Source: Sphingomonas sp.
GTDB lineage: Bacteria > Pseudomonadota > Alphaproteobacteria > Sphingomonadales > Sphingomonadaceae
Reading direction: 5' to 3'
Assembly (NCBI GenBank): GCA_051954515.1
Contig: JBQCHQ010000025.1
Coordinates: 52,774 to 116,773, forward strand
Length of the DNA: 64,000 nucleotides
Positions 8,813 to 19,313 of this stretch are shown here, one piece after another. Each line of letters begins with the position of its first letter. Positions within the stretch are counted from its first letter, which is position 1. The notes under the pieces were generated by a model. That model was not told where the DNA came from and ran no database searches. It saw only the letters and a program-made list of their open reading frames with translations. The position numbers and the translations under genes are program-made.

Positions 8813-9657
8813 CGCAGCCGCGCCGCTTCACGCGCCGCGATGGCGTCGATCCGCCCCCAGGCATGGTCGGCGACAAGGTGACGCAGCTTGCCAGCCATTG
8901 CCGACAAACGGCTGTAATGACGTATCTTCGACTTGAACGGCGCACTGGCGACACGCGGCTGATCGGGGTCGATTTCCCAAGGATGGAAATAGAAGATCGC
9001 CGCGCGTTCCTCGGCATTGACCTGCCGTACCGCCCAATGCGTGAAAGCGCCCGGAAACAGCCGGAAGAAGCCACCCCCGGTCGCCCAATTGCGGCCCGCG
9101 ATCCGCGCGGTCGTCACCGGCAGTTCAACGAGATCGGCATCGGCAAGCGGGCGGAAGGCGAAGCGCGGCGCCTCGGGCCAGCCGTAATGATCGTGACGCA
9201 CCGGCGCGACGCTCGACGAATAGGCATAGCCTTCCTCCGCCAGCACCTGATGCGCCCAGGGCGTCCGCTTGTCGATCGAGAAGCTGGGCGCGCGATAGCC
9301 GGTCACGGGCGCGCCCGACGCATCCTCCAGCGCCTGGCGGGCACGGCGGAGGTCAGCGCGAAACTGCTCGGCGGTCATCGTGAAGACACGCTGGTGCTCG
9401 ACGCCGTGGCTCGCGACTTCGTGCCCTGCGGCAACGATCCGCTGCATCAGCGCCGGGCATCTCTCCGCCACCCAGCCCAACGTGAAGAAAGTCGCCTTCA
9501 CCCCCGTCTCGGCGAACAGGTCGAGCACGGCGCCGGTATTGGCCTCAACGCGCGACTGCAGGTTCGGCCAATCGGCCTTGTCGATCACGCGCTCGAACGC
9601 GCCGACCTGGAACCATTCCTCGACATCGACCGACAGGCCGTTTTCGATAGGCATCAC
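8809..9657 (-). CDS. Polysaccharide deacetylase, XrtA system
   Basis: SVDVEEWFQV, ATFFTLGW, HEVASHG, GYRAPSFS, YFHPWEID. Confidence 0.92.
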   Translation of the reverse strand: MMPIENGLSVDVEEWFQVGAFERVIDKADWPNLQSRVEANTGAVLDLFAETGVKATFFTLGWVAERCPALMQRIVAAGHEVASHGVEHQRVFTMTAEQFRADLRRARQALEDASGAPVTGYRAPSFSIDKRTPWAHQVLAEEGYAYSSSVAPVRHDHYGWPEAPRFAFRPLADADLVELPVTTARIAGRNWATGGGFFRLFPGAFTHWAVRQVNAEERAAIFYFHPWEIDPDQPRVASAPFKSKIRHYSRLSAMAGKLRHLVADHAWGRIDAIAAREAARLR

Positions 9658-10658
9658 GCCACCGCGGCGTCGCGCGCTCCGTCATGGCGCGCGCCGTCGG
9701 CCTCGACCCAATCGACCAGCAGCGTCAGCACGCGGCGCAGCGCGGTATTCTGATCCTCGACCCGCGCTTCGAGCATGGCAATGCGGCGGATCACTTCGTC
9801 GGCATCGCCCGGCGCGATCGGCTCGCGAGGCTCGTCGGCATCGGGCACATCGCCCTTCATGTCGTCGATCACCGCGCGCACGATGTCGCCGTCGATCAGT
9901 TCCAGCCCCTCGATCGCGCCGTAGAGCAGCACGCGCGCGGCGAGCTGGTTCAGGATGCGCGGCACGCCGCCCGAACCTTCATAGAGCGCGTCGAGCGCGT
10001 CACCAGTGAAATCGGGCCGTCCCTGCCAGCCGACCAGCGACAGGCGGTGGATCATGTACGGCTCGACCTCCTCGGGCTGCATCGGCTCGAGGTGGTGGAC
10101 CGCGATCACCCGCTGGCGAAGCTGTTCGAGCGCGTCGGTGCCGTGCAGCCGCTCGCGAAACTCGGGCTGGCCGAGCAGGAAGATCTGCAGCAGCGCCTGC
10201 CCGCCCGCCTGGAAGTTGGAGAGCATCCGCAATTCTTCGAGCGCGGACACGGGAAGCGCCTGCGCCTCGTCGACGATCAAGAGCGTCCGCCGCCCCGAGC
10301 GCGCGACGGCATGCAGACCGCCCTCGATCCGCTCCAGCAGCTGCGCCTTCTCCAGCCCCGCCGTTTCGATGCCGAGCCCGCTGGCGACGAGCCGCAACAG
10401 GTCATCGCCTTCGACCTGGGTCGAGACGATCTGGATGACGTGCTGCCGCTCGGGGTCGATCGTCGCGGTCAGGTGGCCGACCAGCGTGGTCTTGCCCGAA
10501 CCGATCTCGCCGGTGATGACGATGAAGCCTTCGCCCTGGGTGAGGCCGAATCCCAGGTACGCCATCGCCTTCCTGTGCGTGGCGGTCTCGAACCAGAAGC
10601 GCGGATCGGGGGTCAGCGCGAATGGCCGGCCGGTCAATCCGTAATGGTCTTCGTACAT
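9654..10658 (-). CDS. ExeA-like AAA ATPase, XrtA/PEP-CTERM-associated
   Basis: PF.LTPDPRF, Walker A GEIGSGKT, Walker B LLIVDEAQ, LLGQPE. Confidence 0.92.
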   Translation of the reverse strand: MYEDHYGLTGRPFALTPDPRFWFETATHRKAMAYLGFGLTQGEGFIVITGEIGSGKTTLVGHLTATIDPERQHVIQIVSTQVEGDDLLRLVASGLGIETAGLEKAQLLERIEGGLHAVARSGRRTLLIVDEAQALPVSALEELRMLSNFQAGGQALLQIFLLGQPEFRERLHGTDALEQLRQRVIAVHHLEPMQPEEVEPYMIHRLSLVGWQGRPDFTGDALDALYEGSGGVPRILNQLAARVLLYGAIEGLELIDGDIVRAVIDDMKGDVPDADEPREPIAPGDADEVIRRIAMLEARVEDQNTALRRVLTLLVDWVEADGARHDGARDAAVA

Positions 10659-10688
10659 CGTCGTCCTGCCTGTCTAGCTCGGCGCGCT

Positions 10689-12329
10689 TCAGAAATTATA
10701 GCGCGCGCTGACCAGAGCCTGCGCCGAAACGTCGCCCTGGATGTCCTTCGAATCGTACGCGAACAGGCCGAGTGAGGCGGTGGTATCGATCCGCCCGAAC
10801 CGGCGACTATAGGTGCCCGTCGCGCCGGTCGAATAGACCCCGGCCGCGCCGGCGATGCCGCTGTCGTAATAATCGGCATAGAGATTGGCGCCGATGCTCG
10901 ATCGCGAATCGAGCGCGCGATTATAGAAATATTGCGCGTAGAAACTCTCGTCGTCGACGCCGTTGATCGTGAAGCTGCCGTCGGTCTCTGGCGCGTAGAA
11001 GTGACGGCGGGCATAGCCCAGGCCGATCCCGGTCTGCACCGGCCCGTGGCTGGCGACGATCACCGCGTCGATCCCCCGCGCGCGGTAGCTCGATGCCGAG
11101 ATCGACTGAAACACGTCGTTGAGGCAGCCGCCGGGCTTGGCGCCCGATGTGCCGAAGGTGCAACCGCTGAAGCCGCTGCCGAACACGTTGCCGGCGGAGA
11201 GGAAGCTGGTCGGGAGCCCATCGATGCCGTTGCGCAACTGCCGCGCGAAGGTCTCTACATCGTCATAGACGACGACCTGCGCGCCCATGCTGCGGCTCGC
11301 AGCCCAAGTGAAGCTGCCGGCATAAGAGGTGCCGCCATAGCGTCGTCCGACATGCGCTTCGAGCTGTGTGCGCGGGCTCGGCCGCCACACCACGCCGCCA
11401 TCGTAGATCAGCCCGTCGGTACGATAGGCGATGCGCCGCGGCGAGTTCTTGTCGGTAACGAAACGACCGTTGCGATCGGTGACGGGATTGCCATCGGCGT
11501 CGAGCAGCGCGTCGCGCTGCCCGATCGTGATCTTCTCGTAGCCGACGCCAGCTTCGAGGGCGAGCGTGCCGCTGACCGGTGCGAGCACGTCGGCGCGTGC
11601 GAATTTGCCATCATAGCGCTGATCGAGCTGGTGCGCGTCCTCGCGATCCCAGCCGCCCGACACGGTGACGCCGACCGGCAGCACCTCGCCCGCCTTGAGG
11701 TTGAGGCTGGCCTGAGCGACGTTGCTCGTCGCACGATCGAACAGATCGAGCCGCGGCTGGCCGGGGCTGAGCGGCACCGAATTCGGCGCTTCGACCTTGG
11801 TGTAGCCGTAGCGATAGCTGCCCGACACGCCGACCACGCCGACATGCGTGCCGATCGTCGGTCCGGCATAAACGGCATAGACCTGGCTCAGATTGTCGCC
11901 ATTGGGATTGGACGCGGCGGGCGCGGCCGAGCGAATGTCGGAACGCGCGCGCGCGGCAAGTGCGCCCCCCTCGATGCTCACGCCCGGCGCCACGCCGACC
12001 GCAGCGCGGGCGAGACCCTGGTGATAATCGCTGTCGTTAAGATGCTTGCCCCAGCCGATATTGCGTTCGTAGCGATAGCTGAGCTGCCCCTGCGCCGAGC
12101 GCGTGGCGATGCCCGCGTCGACGCCGACGGCGACTTCCGAATAGGTCAGCACGTCGTCATTGGTCAGATCGGCATCGACCACCTGGCCGAGCTCGATATA
12201 GGGCGCGACATATTTCGCCGCGCGCGGCGCCGGCTGCGCCGGCCCCGAGGCATCGCTCGCGGGCATGTCCTGCGCCATCGCCGGCGACGCGGCGAGCGCC
12301 AGCGCGGCAAGCATGGTCCAGCGCGTCAT
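10689..12329 (-). CDS. Outer-membrane beta-barrel protein, PEP-CTERM EPS locus-associated
   Basis: Signal peptide (AMA/Q), alternating beta-strand pattern, terminal ARYNF; position in locus. Confidence 0.75.
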   Translation of the reverse strand: MTRWTMLAALALAASPAMAQDMPASDASGPAQPAPRAAKYVAPYIELGQVVDADLTNDDVLTYSEVAVGVDAGIATRSAQGQLSYRYERNIGWGKHLNDSDYHQGLARAAVGVAPGVSIEGGALAARARSDIRSAAPAASNPNGDNLSQVYAVYAGPTIGTHVGVVGVSGSYRYGYTKVEAPNSVPLSPGQPRLDLFDRATSNVAQASLNLKAGEVLPVGVTVSGGWDREDAHQLDQRYDGKFARADVLAPVSGTLALEAGVGYEKITIGQRDALLDADGNPVTDRNGRFVTDKNSPRRIAYRTDGLIYDGGVVWRPSPRTQLEAHVGRRYGGTSYAGSFTWAASRSMGAQVVVYDDVETFARQLRNGIDGLPTSFLSAGNVFGSGFSGCTFGTSGAKPGGCLNDVFQSISASSYRARGIDAVIVASHGPVQTGIGLGYARRHFYAPETDGSFTINGVDDESFYAQYFYNRALDSRSSIGANLYADYYDSGIAGAAGVYSTGATGTYSRRFGRIDTTASLGLFAYDSKDIQGDVSAQALVSARYNF

Positions 12330-13252
12330 CGCACGCTCTCCTGTGGCTTGTAACCGTAATAGCTGCCGAAGCGCGCGCCGCCCGGCGTGAAGCTCACCGA
12401 ATTGAGCACCAGCTGGATGTGCTCGCAGCCGTCGAGCAGCTGCACTGCCTCGCGCAGGTCGCTGTCGCCGGTGTGATCGGCGCGCACCACCATCATCACC
12501 TGCCCTACGGCGGCGGCGAGCACCGACGCGGGCGAGGCGGCGAGCGCCGGCGGCGAATCGAAGATCACGATACGGCGCGGATCGTTGGCGACCAGCGCGT
12601 CGAGCACGTCGTCGGTGCGCTTGCTGGTCAGCAATTCGGTGTCGTCATTGGTCCGGGTGCCGGCCGGCAGCAGGCTGAGCTTGGGAATGTCGGTACGCAC
12701 GATGCAGCGCTCGGCGTCGATCGCCGGATCGGCGAGCGCGTCGAGCAGTCCCGGCCCCTCATCGAGCCCGAGCCGCGCCATCACGTCGGGCTTGGCGAAA
12801 TCGGCGTCGACCAGCAGCACCTCGACATCGCGCTCGGCCGCGAGCGACAGCGCGAGGTTGATCGAGCAGAATGTCTTGCCCTCGCCCGGCTTGGCCGAGC
12901 AGACAAGGATGGTGCGTGATCGCACGGATCCCGCTTCGTCGATCGCGCGCGCGGTGAGCAGCAACTGGCGCTTCACCAGGCGGAACTCCTCTGCGAGCAT
13001 CGAGACCGGCGCGCCGGGCACGAGGAAGCCCTGCTCGGCAAGGTGATCGCGATCGATCGGAACGAGCGGACCGGCAGGTGGCGCGGCGACTGGCCGAGGT
13101 GGCGCAGGAAGCTCGTCGCGAGTCGGCTGCGCTGCTTCCACCTTCGGTGCGACCGTGCCGGCCCGTGCGCGAAAATGATCGCCGAAGTCGTAAACTTCCG
13201 CAGCCCGCTCGAGCAGCGAGCTCGTGATCTTGCGCGGCGTCACGTCGTTCAT
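12326..13252 (-). CDS. BY-kinase (Wzc cytoplasmic domain-like tyrosine kinase)
   Basis: AEEFR, SAKPGEGKT, VDAD, IFDSPP, C-terminal SYYGY cluster. Confidence 0.9.
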   Translation of the reverse strand: MNDVTPRKITSSLLERAAEVYDFGDHFRARAGTVAPKVEAAQPTRDELPAPPRPVAAPPAGPLVPIDRDHLAEQGFLVPGAPVSMLAEEFRLVKRQLLLTARAIDEAGSVRSRTILVCSAKPGEGKTFCSINLALSLAAERDVEVLLVDADFAKPDVMARLGLDEGPGLLDALADPAIDAERCIVRTDIPKLSLLPAGTRTNDDTELLTSKRTDDVLDALVANDPRRIVIFDSPPALAASPASVLAAAVGQVMMVVRADHTGDSDLREAVQLLDGCEHIQLVLNSVSFTPGGARFGSYYGYKPQESVR

Positions 13253-14760
13253 GCCGCCAACCCCCGTTGCAGGAACTCGACCCCGAGCAGCGCGACATAC
13301 GCCACGCCAAGCGCGCCGACCCCGACGAGCAGGTAACGCAACCGCTGCTTGCGGATCGCCGCCTGCCCCGCCGGCACGACCTCGCCGATCGAGCCGATAA
13401 CCGGCAGCCCCGACGCCTTTTCCAGCCGATTGGCGGTCGCATAGGTCGTCTTGATCTGCCCCAGCGCGAAGGCCAGGCAGATGCCGCCGCCCAGCGCCAC
13501 GATCAGCACCGCGGTCAGCAGCAGCGGGCGATTGGGCGATGTCGGCACCGTCGGGCTGGTCGGCGGATCGATCACCGAGAACTTGATCGCGTCGGTCTGC
13601 GTCTGCACCTGCCCGCGCAGCTTGATGTCCTCGCGGTCGGCCAGCATCTTGTCGTACTGGTCCTTCATCACCTGATAGTTGCGCTCGATCTGCGCCTGCT
13701 GGGCGGCGACGCCGGGATCGTCGGCGAGCTTTTCGTTGAGCGCATCGAGATCGCGCTGCAGCTGCGTCTTCTGCTGGGTCAGCGCGGCGACGGTCGCCTG
13801 CTTGTCGGCCTGCATCGAGCGCAGCGACATGTACATCGGGTTGGGCGAACCGCCGGCGACCGCCCCCGCCGGTTCGTGCTTCGCGGCAGCCTGCGCGGCG
13901 GCAAGCTGGCTCTTGAGCGCGATCACGTCGGGATAATTGTCGGTCCAGCCGCGGGCATGCGCGTCGGCGAGCTGGCCCTGGATCGCCGCAACGCGCGCCG
14001 CCGCCGGGCCGCCAGCAACACCGCCTGCGCCCGGGACGATCGGCGCGGTGCCGGCGAGCTGTGCGTTGACCGTCGAAAGCCCGCTCTGCGCCGCGGCGAG
14101 GTCGGCATTGACCTGCGCAAGCTGGCTGTGTGCCGCGCTGATCCGGTCGTCGAGCGAGCCGGTGCCCGGCAAGGCCGCGAGGTAGCGGTTCTGGAAATCC
14201 TGCCGCGCCTGATCGGCGTCCTGCAATTGCTGCTGGCGCTGGGCGAGCTGGGCGTCGAGGAATTGCAGCGTCGAGCTGTTCTCGTCGCGGTCGGAGGCCA
14301 TGTTCTGATCGACGAAGATGTCGATCAGCTTCTGGACGATGTCGTGCGACAGCTTGGGGTTGCCCGCGGTCGCTTCGATCTGGAACAGGTTGTTCTGTTG
14401 CGCGGTGATCTTGATCTGCTGCTGGAGCGCGCCGACGCGCGCCGCCATGTCCTTGTCGCTGGCGACCGTCGTCGCGAGCGAGGTGCCGCGCACCACCTTC
14501 TGCAGGTTGACCGCCGAAGTCAGCGTCTGCCGCACGGTATCGACGCTCTGCTGCTGGTCGGCCGCGGTGATGCCGAGCTTGCCCGGCAGCAAAGATTGCA
14601 GGTCGACGAACACGCGCGCGTGCGAGGTGTAGCTGTTGGGGATCTGCGCGACCGCCAGCCAGCCGAGGATGGCGATGGCCCAGGCGGCGGCGAGCGCCAC
14701 CCAGCGGCGGCGCCAGATGCCGTGCAGCGCAAGGCGGAGTTCGTCGTAGAGGCCGTTCAC
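13249..14760 (-). CDS. Polysaccharide chain-length determinant (PCP), XrtA system
   Basis: GTG start (VNGLYDE); TM, long coiled coil, IDPP.P..P..PNR, TM. Confidence 0.88.
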   Translation of the reverse strand: MNGLYDELRLALHGIWRRRWVALAAAWAIAILGWLAVAQIPNSYTSHARVFVDLQSLLPGKLGITAADQQQSVDTVRQTLTSAVNLQKVVRGTSLATTVASDKDMAARVGALQQQIKITAQQNNLFQIEATAGNPKLSHDIVQKLIDIFVDQNMASDRDENSSTLQFLDAQLAQRQQQLQDADQARQDFQNRYLAALPGTGSLDDRISAAHSQLAQVNADLAAAQSGLSTVNAQLAGTAPIVPGAGGVAGGPAAARVAAIQGQLADAHARGWTDNYPDVIALKSQLAAAQAAAKHEPAGAVAGGSPNPMYMSLRSMQADKQATVAALTQQKTQLQRDLDALNEKLADDPGVAAQQAQIERNYQVMKDQYDKMLADREDIKLRGQVQTQTDAIKFSVIDPPTSPTVPTSPNRPLLLTAVLIVALGGGICLAFALGQIKTTYATANRLEKASGLPVIGSIGEVVPAGQAAIRKQRLRYLLVGVGALGVAYVALLGVEFLQRGLAA

Positions 14761-14770
14761 CGCCGCGCCC

Positions 14771-15412
14771 TCAGAACATGCTCTCGGGGATGATGATGAC
14801 ATCGCCCGGCTGCAGCATGACATTGGCCTTGGGATCGCCGTCCTTGAGCAGGCTCGACAGGCGGATCGCGTATTCGGTCTGCCTGCCGGTGTTGCGATCG
14901 TAGCGAATCAGCTTGGCGCGATTACCCGCGGCATATTGGTTGAGCCCGCCCACCGCGATCATCGCGTCGAGCAAGGTCATGTTGGCGCGATACGGGATCG
15001 AGGCGGGCTTCTCGGTCGCGCCGACGATGCGGATCTGCTGGCTGAACGTGCCCGAGAACTGGTCGACAATGACCGAGACGATCGGGTCCTTGATGTACTG
15101 CGACAGCGCGATCTTCATGTCGTCGGCAAGCATCGCCGGCGTCTTGCCAACCGCGGGCATGTCGCTGACCAAGGGCGTGGTAATGCGCCCGTCCGGCCGC
15201 ACCTGCACCTTCGCCGAAAGTTCGGGATTGCGCCACACGAACACGTTGAGGGTATCGAGCGGGCCGATGATATATTGCTCGCTCGGCGCCTGATTGGCGG
15301 CGACGAACGAGGCCGGCGGCAGCTCGGGGCGATCTCCGCCAGCGCAGCCCGACAGCATCAGCGCGGCGAGCGCCGTGCCCGATCCAAGTTTCGACGACAG
15401 TCGCAAACGCAT
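14771..15412 (-). CDS. Polysaccharide export lipoprotein (Wza/OPX family)
   Basis: Lipobox LSGC; YIIGPLD, VRPDGRITTPL, LQPGDVIIIPES; SD GGAGG. Confidence 0.92.
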   Translation of the reverse strand: MRLRLSSKLGSGTALAALMLSGCAGGDRPELPPASFVAANQAPSEQYIIGPLDTLNVFVWRNPELSAKVQVRPDGRITTPLVSDMPAVGKTPAMLADDMKIALSQYIKDPIVSVIVDQFSGTFSQQIRIVGATEKPASIPYRANMTLLDAMIAVGGLNQYAAGNRAKLIRYDRNTGRQTEYAIRLSSLLKDGDPKANVMLQPGDVIIIPESMF

Positions 15413-15490
15413 CGAATCACCTCCCGGCACCGCTCGCGCCGGGTGACGTCATCCCGGCGCAACGCGGTGCTTCGAGGGCCGGCTATGCGA

Positions 15491-16747
15491 TCAAGAGGTG
15501 AAGATAGCGTTAGGATTATCGGCTGATCCGACCAGAATCTGTGCCGGAACGGGATGCGAGAGGAACGCGCTCGGGCTCGCCGAAAGGCCATAGGCGCCTG
15601 CCAGGAACACCGCGATGACGTCACCGGGCTCGGCATGCGGCAGCCCGATCCTGTCGGCGAGGCGGTCGAGCGGTGTGCAGAGGCAGCCGACCACGCTGAC
15701 CGTCTCGGTCGCCGGCGCATCGAGGCGCTCGGCGAGGGCAACGGGATAATTGCGGCGCACCACCGTCCCGAAATTGCCCGACGCGGCGAGCTGGTGGTGC
15801 AGCCCGCCGTCGACGACGAGGAAGATCTCGCCCTGGCTTTCCTTGCGATCGACGATCCGCGTCAGATAGACCCCCGCCTCGCCGACCAGCCAGCGGCCCA
15901 ATTCGAGCGCGAAGCGGCTGTCGGCGAGAATGCTTTCGCGTGACGCCAAGGCGTCGCTGAGCGCCGCGCCGACCGCTTCGACATCGATCGGCATGTCGCC
16001 CGCGAAATAGGGAATCCCGAAGCCCCCGCCGAGATTGACCAGCGGCGGCGCAGCACCGGCCTGCTCGGCAAGGCGTGCAGCGAGCGCCAGCGTCGCCGCC
16101 TGCGTTTCAATAATCGCCGCCGTATCGAGAGCCTGCGAACCGGCGAATATGTGGAAGCCCCGCCAATCCGCGCCCGCCGATCGAATCGTACGGACGAGCG
16201 CGGCGGCGCGATCGGCATCGACGCCGAAGGGCGAGGCGCGCCCGCCCATCCGCATCCCGGAGCCGCGCAGCTCGAAATCTGGGTTGACCCTGACGGCGAG
16301 CCGCGGCGTCACGCCGCTGCGGTCGCCGATCGCCAGCGCGCGTGCCGCCTCGCCTTCCGATTCAAGGTTGATCGTCGCGCCGGCGAGGATTGCGTCCTCC
16401 AACTCGGCATCGCGCTTGCCCGGCCCCGCGAAGCTGATGACGCTCGCCGGTTTGACGCCCAGCGCCGCGCGCAGCTCGCCCGCCGAAGCGACATCGAGTC
16501 CATCGACCAGCGGCGCGATCGTAGCGAGCAGCGGCGCGAAGGGGTTGGCTTTGATCGCGTAATGGACATCGACACCCCCCGGCAAGGCCGTGCGCAGCCG
16601 CGCAATGCGGTCGGCGATCACGGAGAAATCGTAAAGGAACAGGGGCGTTGAGCCGGCCTCATCAATCCATTCCTCAACAGTTCGGCCGCCGATCCGCAGC
16701 GCGCTTTGGCCGACGAAGGGCGGCGGAATCGGGCCGGTCGGCTTCAT
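15491..16747 (-). CDS. PLP-dependent group IV decarboxylase, exosortase A system-associated
   Basis: YAIKANP, DVASAGE, FAGPGK, NLGGGFG, VVGCLCTPLD, AGAYG. Confidence 0.9.
   Translation of the reverse strand: MKPTGPIPPPFVGQSALRIGGRTVEEWIDEAGSTPLFLYDFSVIADRIARLRTALPGGVDVHYAIKANPFAPLLATIAPLVDGLDVASAGELRAALGVKPASVISFAGPGKRDAELEDAILAGATINLESEGEAARALAIGDRSGVTPRLAVRVNPDFELRGSGMRMGGRASPFGVDADRAAALVRTIRSAGADWRGFHIFAGSQALDTAAIIETQAATLALAARLAEQAGAAPPLVNLGGGFGIPYFAGDMPIDVEAVGAALSDALASRESILADSRFALELGRWLVGEAGVYLTRIVDRKESQGEIFLVVDGGLHHQLAASGNFGTVVRRNYPVALAERLDAPATETVSVVGCLCTPLDRLADRIGLPHAEPGDVIAVFLAGAYGLSASPSAFLSHPVPAQILVGSADNPNAIFTS
15498..15513 (-). promoter_or_regulatory. Possible degenerate CtrA box upstream of the EPS export operon
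   Basis: Minus strand CTAA-cgctatc-TTCAC versus TTAA-N7-TTAAC. Confidence 0.3.
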
Positions 16748-18255
16748 CGCGCCAGTTCCGCCTTCAATGCCGCCCGATCGAGCTTGCCGTTGGCGTTGCG
16801 CGGCAATTCGTCGCGCCAGTCGTAGCGAGCGGGTTGCATGAAGCTCGGCAGATCACGCCTGAGCCGTGCGCGCAAGGCCTCTTCGGCCATCGCCGGATCG
16901 CCGACCGCCCGCGCGACAACGACGATCGCTTGCCCCAGCCGGGCATCGGTGACGCCGAATGCCGCCGCCTCCGCCGTTTCGCCGCCGGCAAGCACGGCCT
17001 CTTCGATCTCGGTCGGGCTGATGCGATTGCCGGCGCTCTTGATCATCTCGTCGTCGCGCCCGACGAAGCGAAGCAGCCCGTCCCCATCGGCGATGACGGT
17101 ATCGCCCGACCATACCGCCGTGCCGCCCGATCGCGAGAAGGCCGGCGCCGGCCGAAAACGCAACGCGGTTCGCTCGGCATCGCGCCAATAGCCCTGCGCG
17201 ACCAGCGGGCCGGCATGGACCAGTTCCCCAGGTTCGCCCGGCGCGGCCGCGCTGCCGTCCGGCCGCACCACCATGACCTCCGCGAACGGCACCGCGTGCC
17301 CGATCGACTCGGGATGCGCGTCGACCAGCGCCGGATCGAGAAAGGTCGAGCGAAACGCCTCGGTCAGCCCGTACATCGGATAGAGCCGAGCCTGCGGAAA
17401 GCGCTGGCGCAAGCCCCAAACCAATGTTCGGGTCAACGCACCTCCAGAATTCGTCAATCTCTTCAATGGGTGTGAGGCAGAGTCCGGCCATTCCACTTCA
17501 AGAAGTTGTACCCACAAGGGCGGCACCCCGGCCAATGTCGTGATGGCATGGCGGTCGACCGCCTTCACCACGTCGCGCGGCATCAGATAATCGAACGGCA
17601 CGACGCGCGCGCCCGCCGCCCAGCTCGACAGCAGCTGGCTTTGGCCATAATCGAAGCTCAGTGGCAGCACCGCCAGCACGCGATCGTCAGGCGCGAGATC
17701 GAGGTAATGGGCCACGGTAATCGCCCCCAGCCACAGGTTGGCGTGGCTCAGCATCACTCCCTTGGGCCGACCGGTCGAGCCCGAGGTATAGAGGATCGCG
17801 GCCAGAGCATCGGGATCCGCTTCCGACGGCGGCAGGCGATCGCCGTCGAGCGCCACGCTCTCCTCCATCGCCACGCTACAACCCTTCGGCACGTCGCCAG
17901 CTTCGAGCAAGCTCGCCCGCACCGGCTGCGTGACCAGCAGCCGCGCGCCGCTATCGGCGAGGATGTGCCCGACCTGCGCCCGCTTGAGCGCGGGGTTGAC
18001 CGGCACATGTATCAGCCCGGCACGCGGCGCGGCGAGCGGCATCAGGCAAGCAAGCCGCGTCTTGGGAAGCCATGTCGCCACCCGGTCGCCGGGCGCGAGC
18101 CCCTGCGCCCGCAGCCATGCCGCCACGGCGCCGACCGCGGCTTCGAGCCCGGCAAAGTCGAGCGAACCGTCCTTGTCCTCCAGCGCCACCGCGTCCGGCC
18201 GCCCGCAGAGCGGCAAGTGATCGATCGGCTTGGGCACGGGATCGAGCGGGATCAT
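16744..18255 (-). CDS. Acyl-CoA/ACP ligase (AMP-forming), exosortase A system-associated
   Basis: YTSGSTGRPKG, MYGLTEAFRS, SGD, LPRNANGKLDR; start taken at MIPLDP. Confidence 0.9.
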   Translation of the reverse strand: MIPLDPVPKPIDHLPLCGRPDAVALEDKDGSLDFAGLEAAVGAVAAWLRAQGLAPGDRVATWLPKTRLACLMPLAAPRAGLIHVPVNPALKRAQVGHILADSGARLLVTQPVRASLLEAGDVPKGCSVAMEESVALDGDRLPPSEADPDALAAILYTSGSTGRPKGVMLSHANLWLGAITVAHYLDLAPDDRVLAVLPLSFDYGQSQLLSSWAAGARVVPFDYLMPRDVVKAVDRHAITTLAGVPPLWVQLLEVEWPDSASHPLKRLTNSGGALTRTLVWGLRQRFPQARLYPMYGLTEAFRSTFLDPALVDAHPESIGHAVPFAEVMVVRPDGSAAAPGEPGELVHAGPLVAQGYWRDAERTALRFRPAPAFSRSGGTAVWSGDTVIADGDGLLRFVGRDDEMIKSAGNRISPTEIEEAVLAGGETAEAAAFGVTDARLGQAIVVVARAVGDPAMAEEALRARLRRDLPSFMQPARYDWRDELPRNANGKLDRAALKAELAR

Positions 18256-18354
18256 GCCGCCTTGATAGAGCGCGCCGCGCCCGCCACAAGGCTTGCCGCG
18301 CAGCCCGCCACCGATTACCGCTCGCGCGGGACGAATTGCGACAGGGGCACTGAC

Positions 18355-18627
18355 TTGGTTCCCGAAGGACAGGCCGACATCGAGACGACCGTTCGTGCGG
18401 TGCTGCGCGACGTGCTGGGGCTGAGCGAAGCGCGCGCCGCCGCCTTCGAGGCGACGACGCCGCTGTTCGGCGCGCTGCCCGAGCTCGATTCGATGGCGGT
18501 CGCCGGCATCCTGACCGAACTGGAAGACCGGCTCGGCATCGTCATCGAGGACGATGAGGTCGACGGCGACATGCTCGAAACGTTCGACGCGCTGGTCCGC
18601 TTCGCTGCCGCCAAGGCGCTCATGTGA
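18355..18627 (+). CDS. Acyl carrier protein
   Basis: TTG start after AGGGG; LPELDSMAV phosphopantetheine motif; acidic, about 90 aa. Confidence 0.85.
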   Translation: MVPEGQADIETTVRAVLRDVLGLSEARAAAFEATTPLFGALPELDSMAVAGILTELEDRLGIVIEDDEVDGDMLETFDALVRFAAAKALM

Positions 18628-19313
18628 TCGGCCATTACGATTGGGCCGGCGGGCGCGAAGCGATGCTCCGCTTCGGCCCCGACGACGGCCCGGTCGTGGC
18701 GCTGGCGCTGCCGCTGTTCGAGGAAGCCAACCGCACCCGCGCCTTCGCTGTGACGCTGCTGCGAGCGCTCGCCGGGCACGGCGTCGGCAGCCTGCTGCCC
18801 GATCTTCCCGGCACCGGTGAAAGCCTGACGACACTTGAAAATAAAAACGCAAGCGATTGGACAGAAGCCTTTTCATCGGTCGATAGGCGACCCCATCACG
18901 TCGCGGCGCTGCGCGGCGGCTGCCTGATAGCCGGCAATGTCCCGGCGCTGTCGCGCTGGTATTTCTCGCCGGTGACCGGCGAGGCGCTGGTCCGCGACCT
19001 CGTCCGCGCGCGCCAAGTCGCCGATCGTGAGGAAGGCCGTTCGTTCGACCCGGCAACCATCGACGGAGACGGCCAACCGATCGAGTTCGCCGGCAATCGC
19101 ATTCCCAGACCATTGCTCGATGCCCTTGGCGAAGCCGAAGCCGACGCGATGCCGCCGTGCCGCATCGTCCGGCTGGAGGGCGACGCACGCCCGGCCGACC
19201 GCCATGTTTCGGGCGCCCCGCTCTGGCGCCGCGCCGAGCCGGATAACGATCCGACGCTCGCTGCCCTCCTCGCCGACGACCTCGCTACATGGGTGCGGCA
19301 ATGCGCGAGCTGA
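18624..19313 (+). CDS. Alpha/beta hydrolase-fold protein (exosortase A system hydrolase 2-like)
   Basis: PLFEEANRTR, PDLPGTGES, ALRGG elbow without Ser; context. Confidence 0.78.
   Translation: MIGHYDWAGGREAMLRFGPDDGPVVALALPLFEEANRTRAFAVTLLRALAGHGVGSLLPDLPGTGESLTTLENKNASDWTEAFSSVDRRPHHVAALRGGCLIAGNVPALSRWYFSPVTGEALVRDLVRARQVADREEGRSFDPATIDGDGQPIEFAGNRIPRPLLDALGEAEADAMPPCRIVRLEGDARPADRHVSGAPLWRRAEPDNDPTLAALLADDLATWVRQCAS

Noticed and set aside
16744-19188. 814-aa ORF as a giant ligase fusion
   Set aside because: The first ~310 aa are antisense to the ACP and hydrolase 2 genes; the ligase domain begins near 18255.
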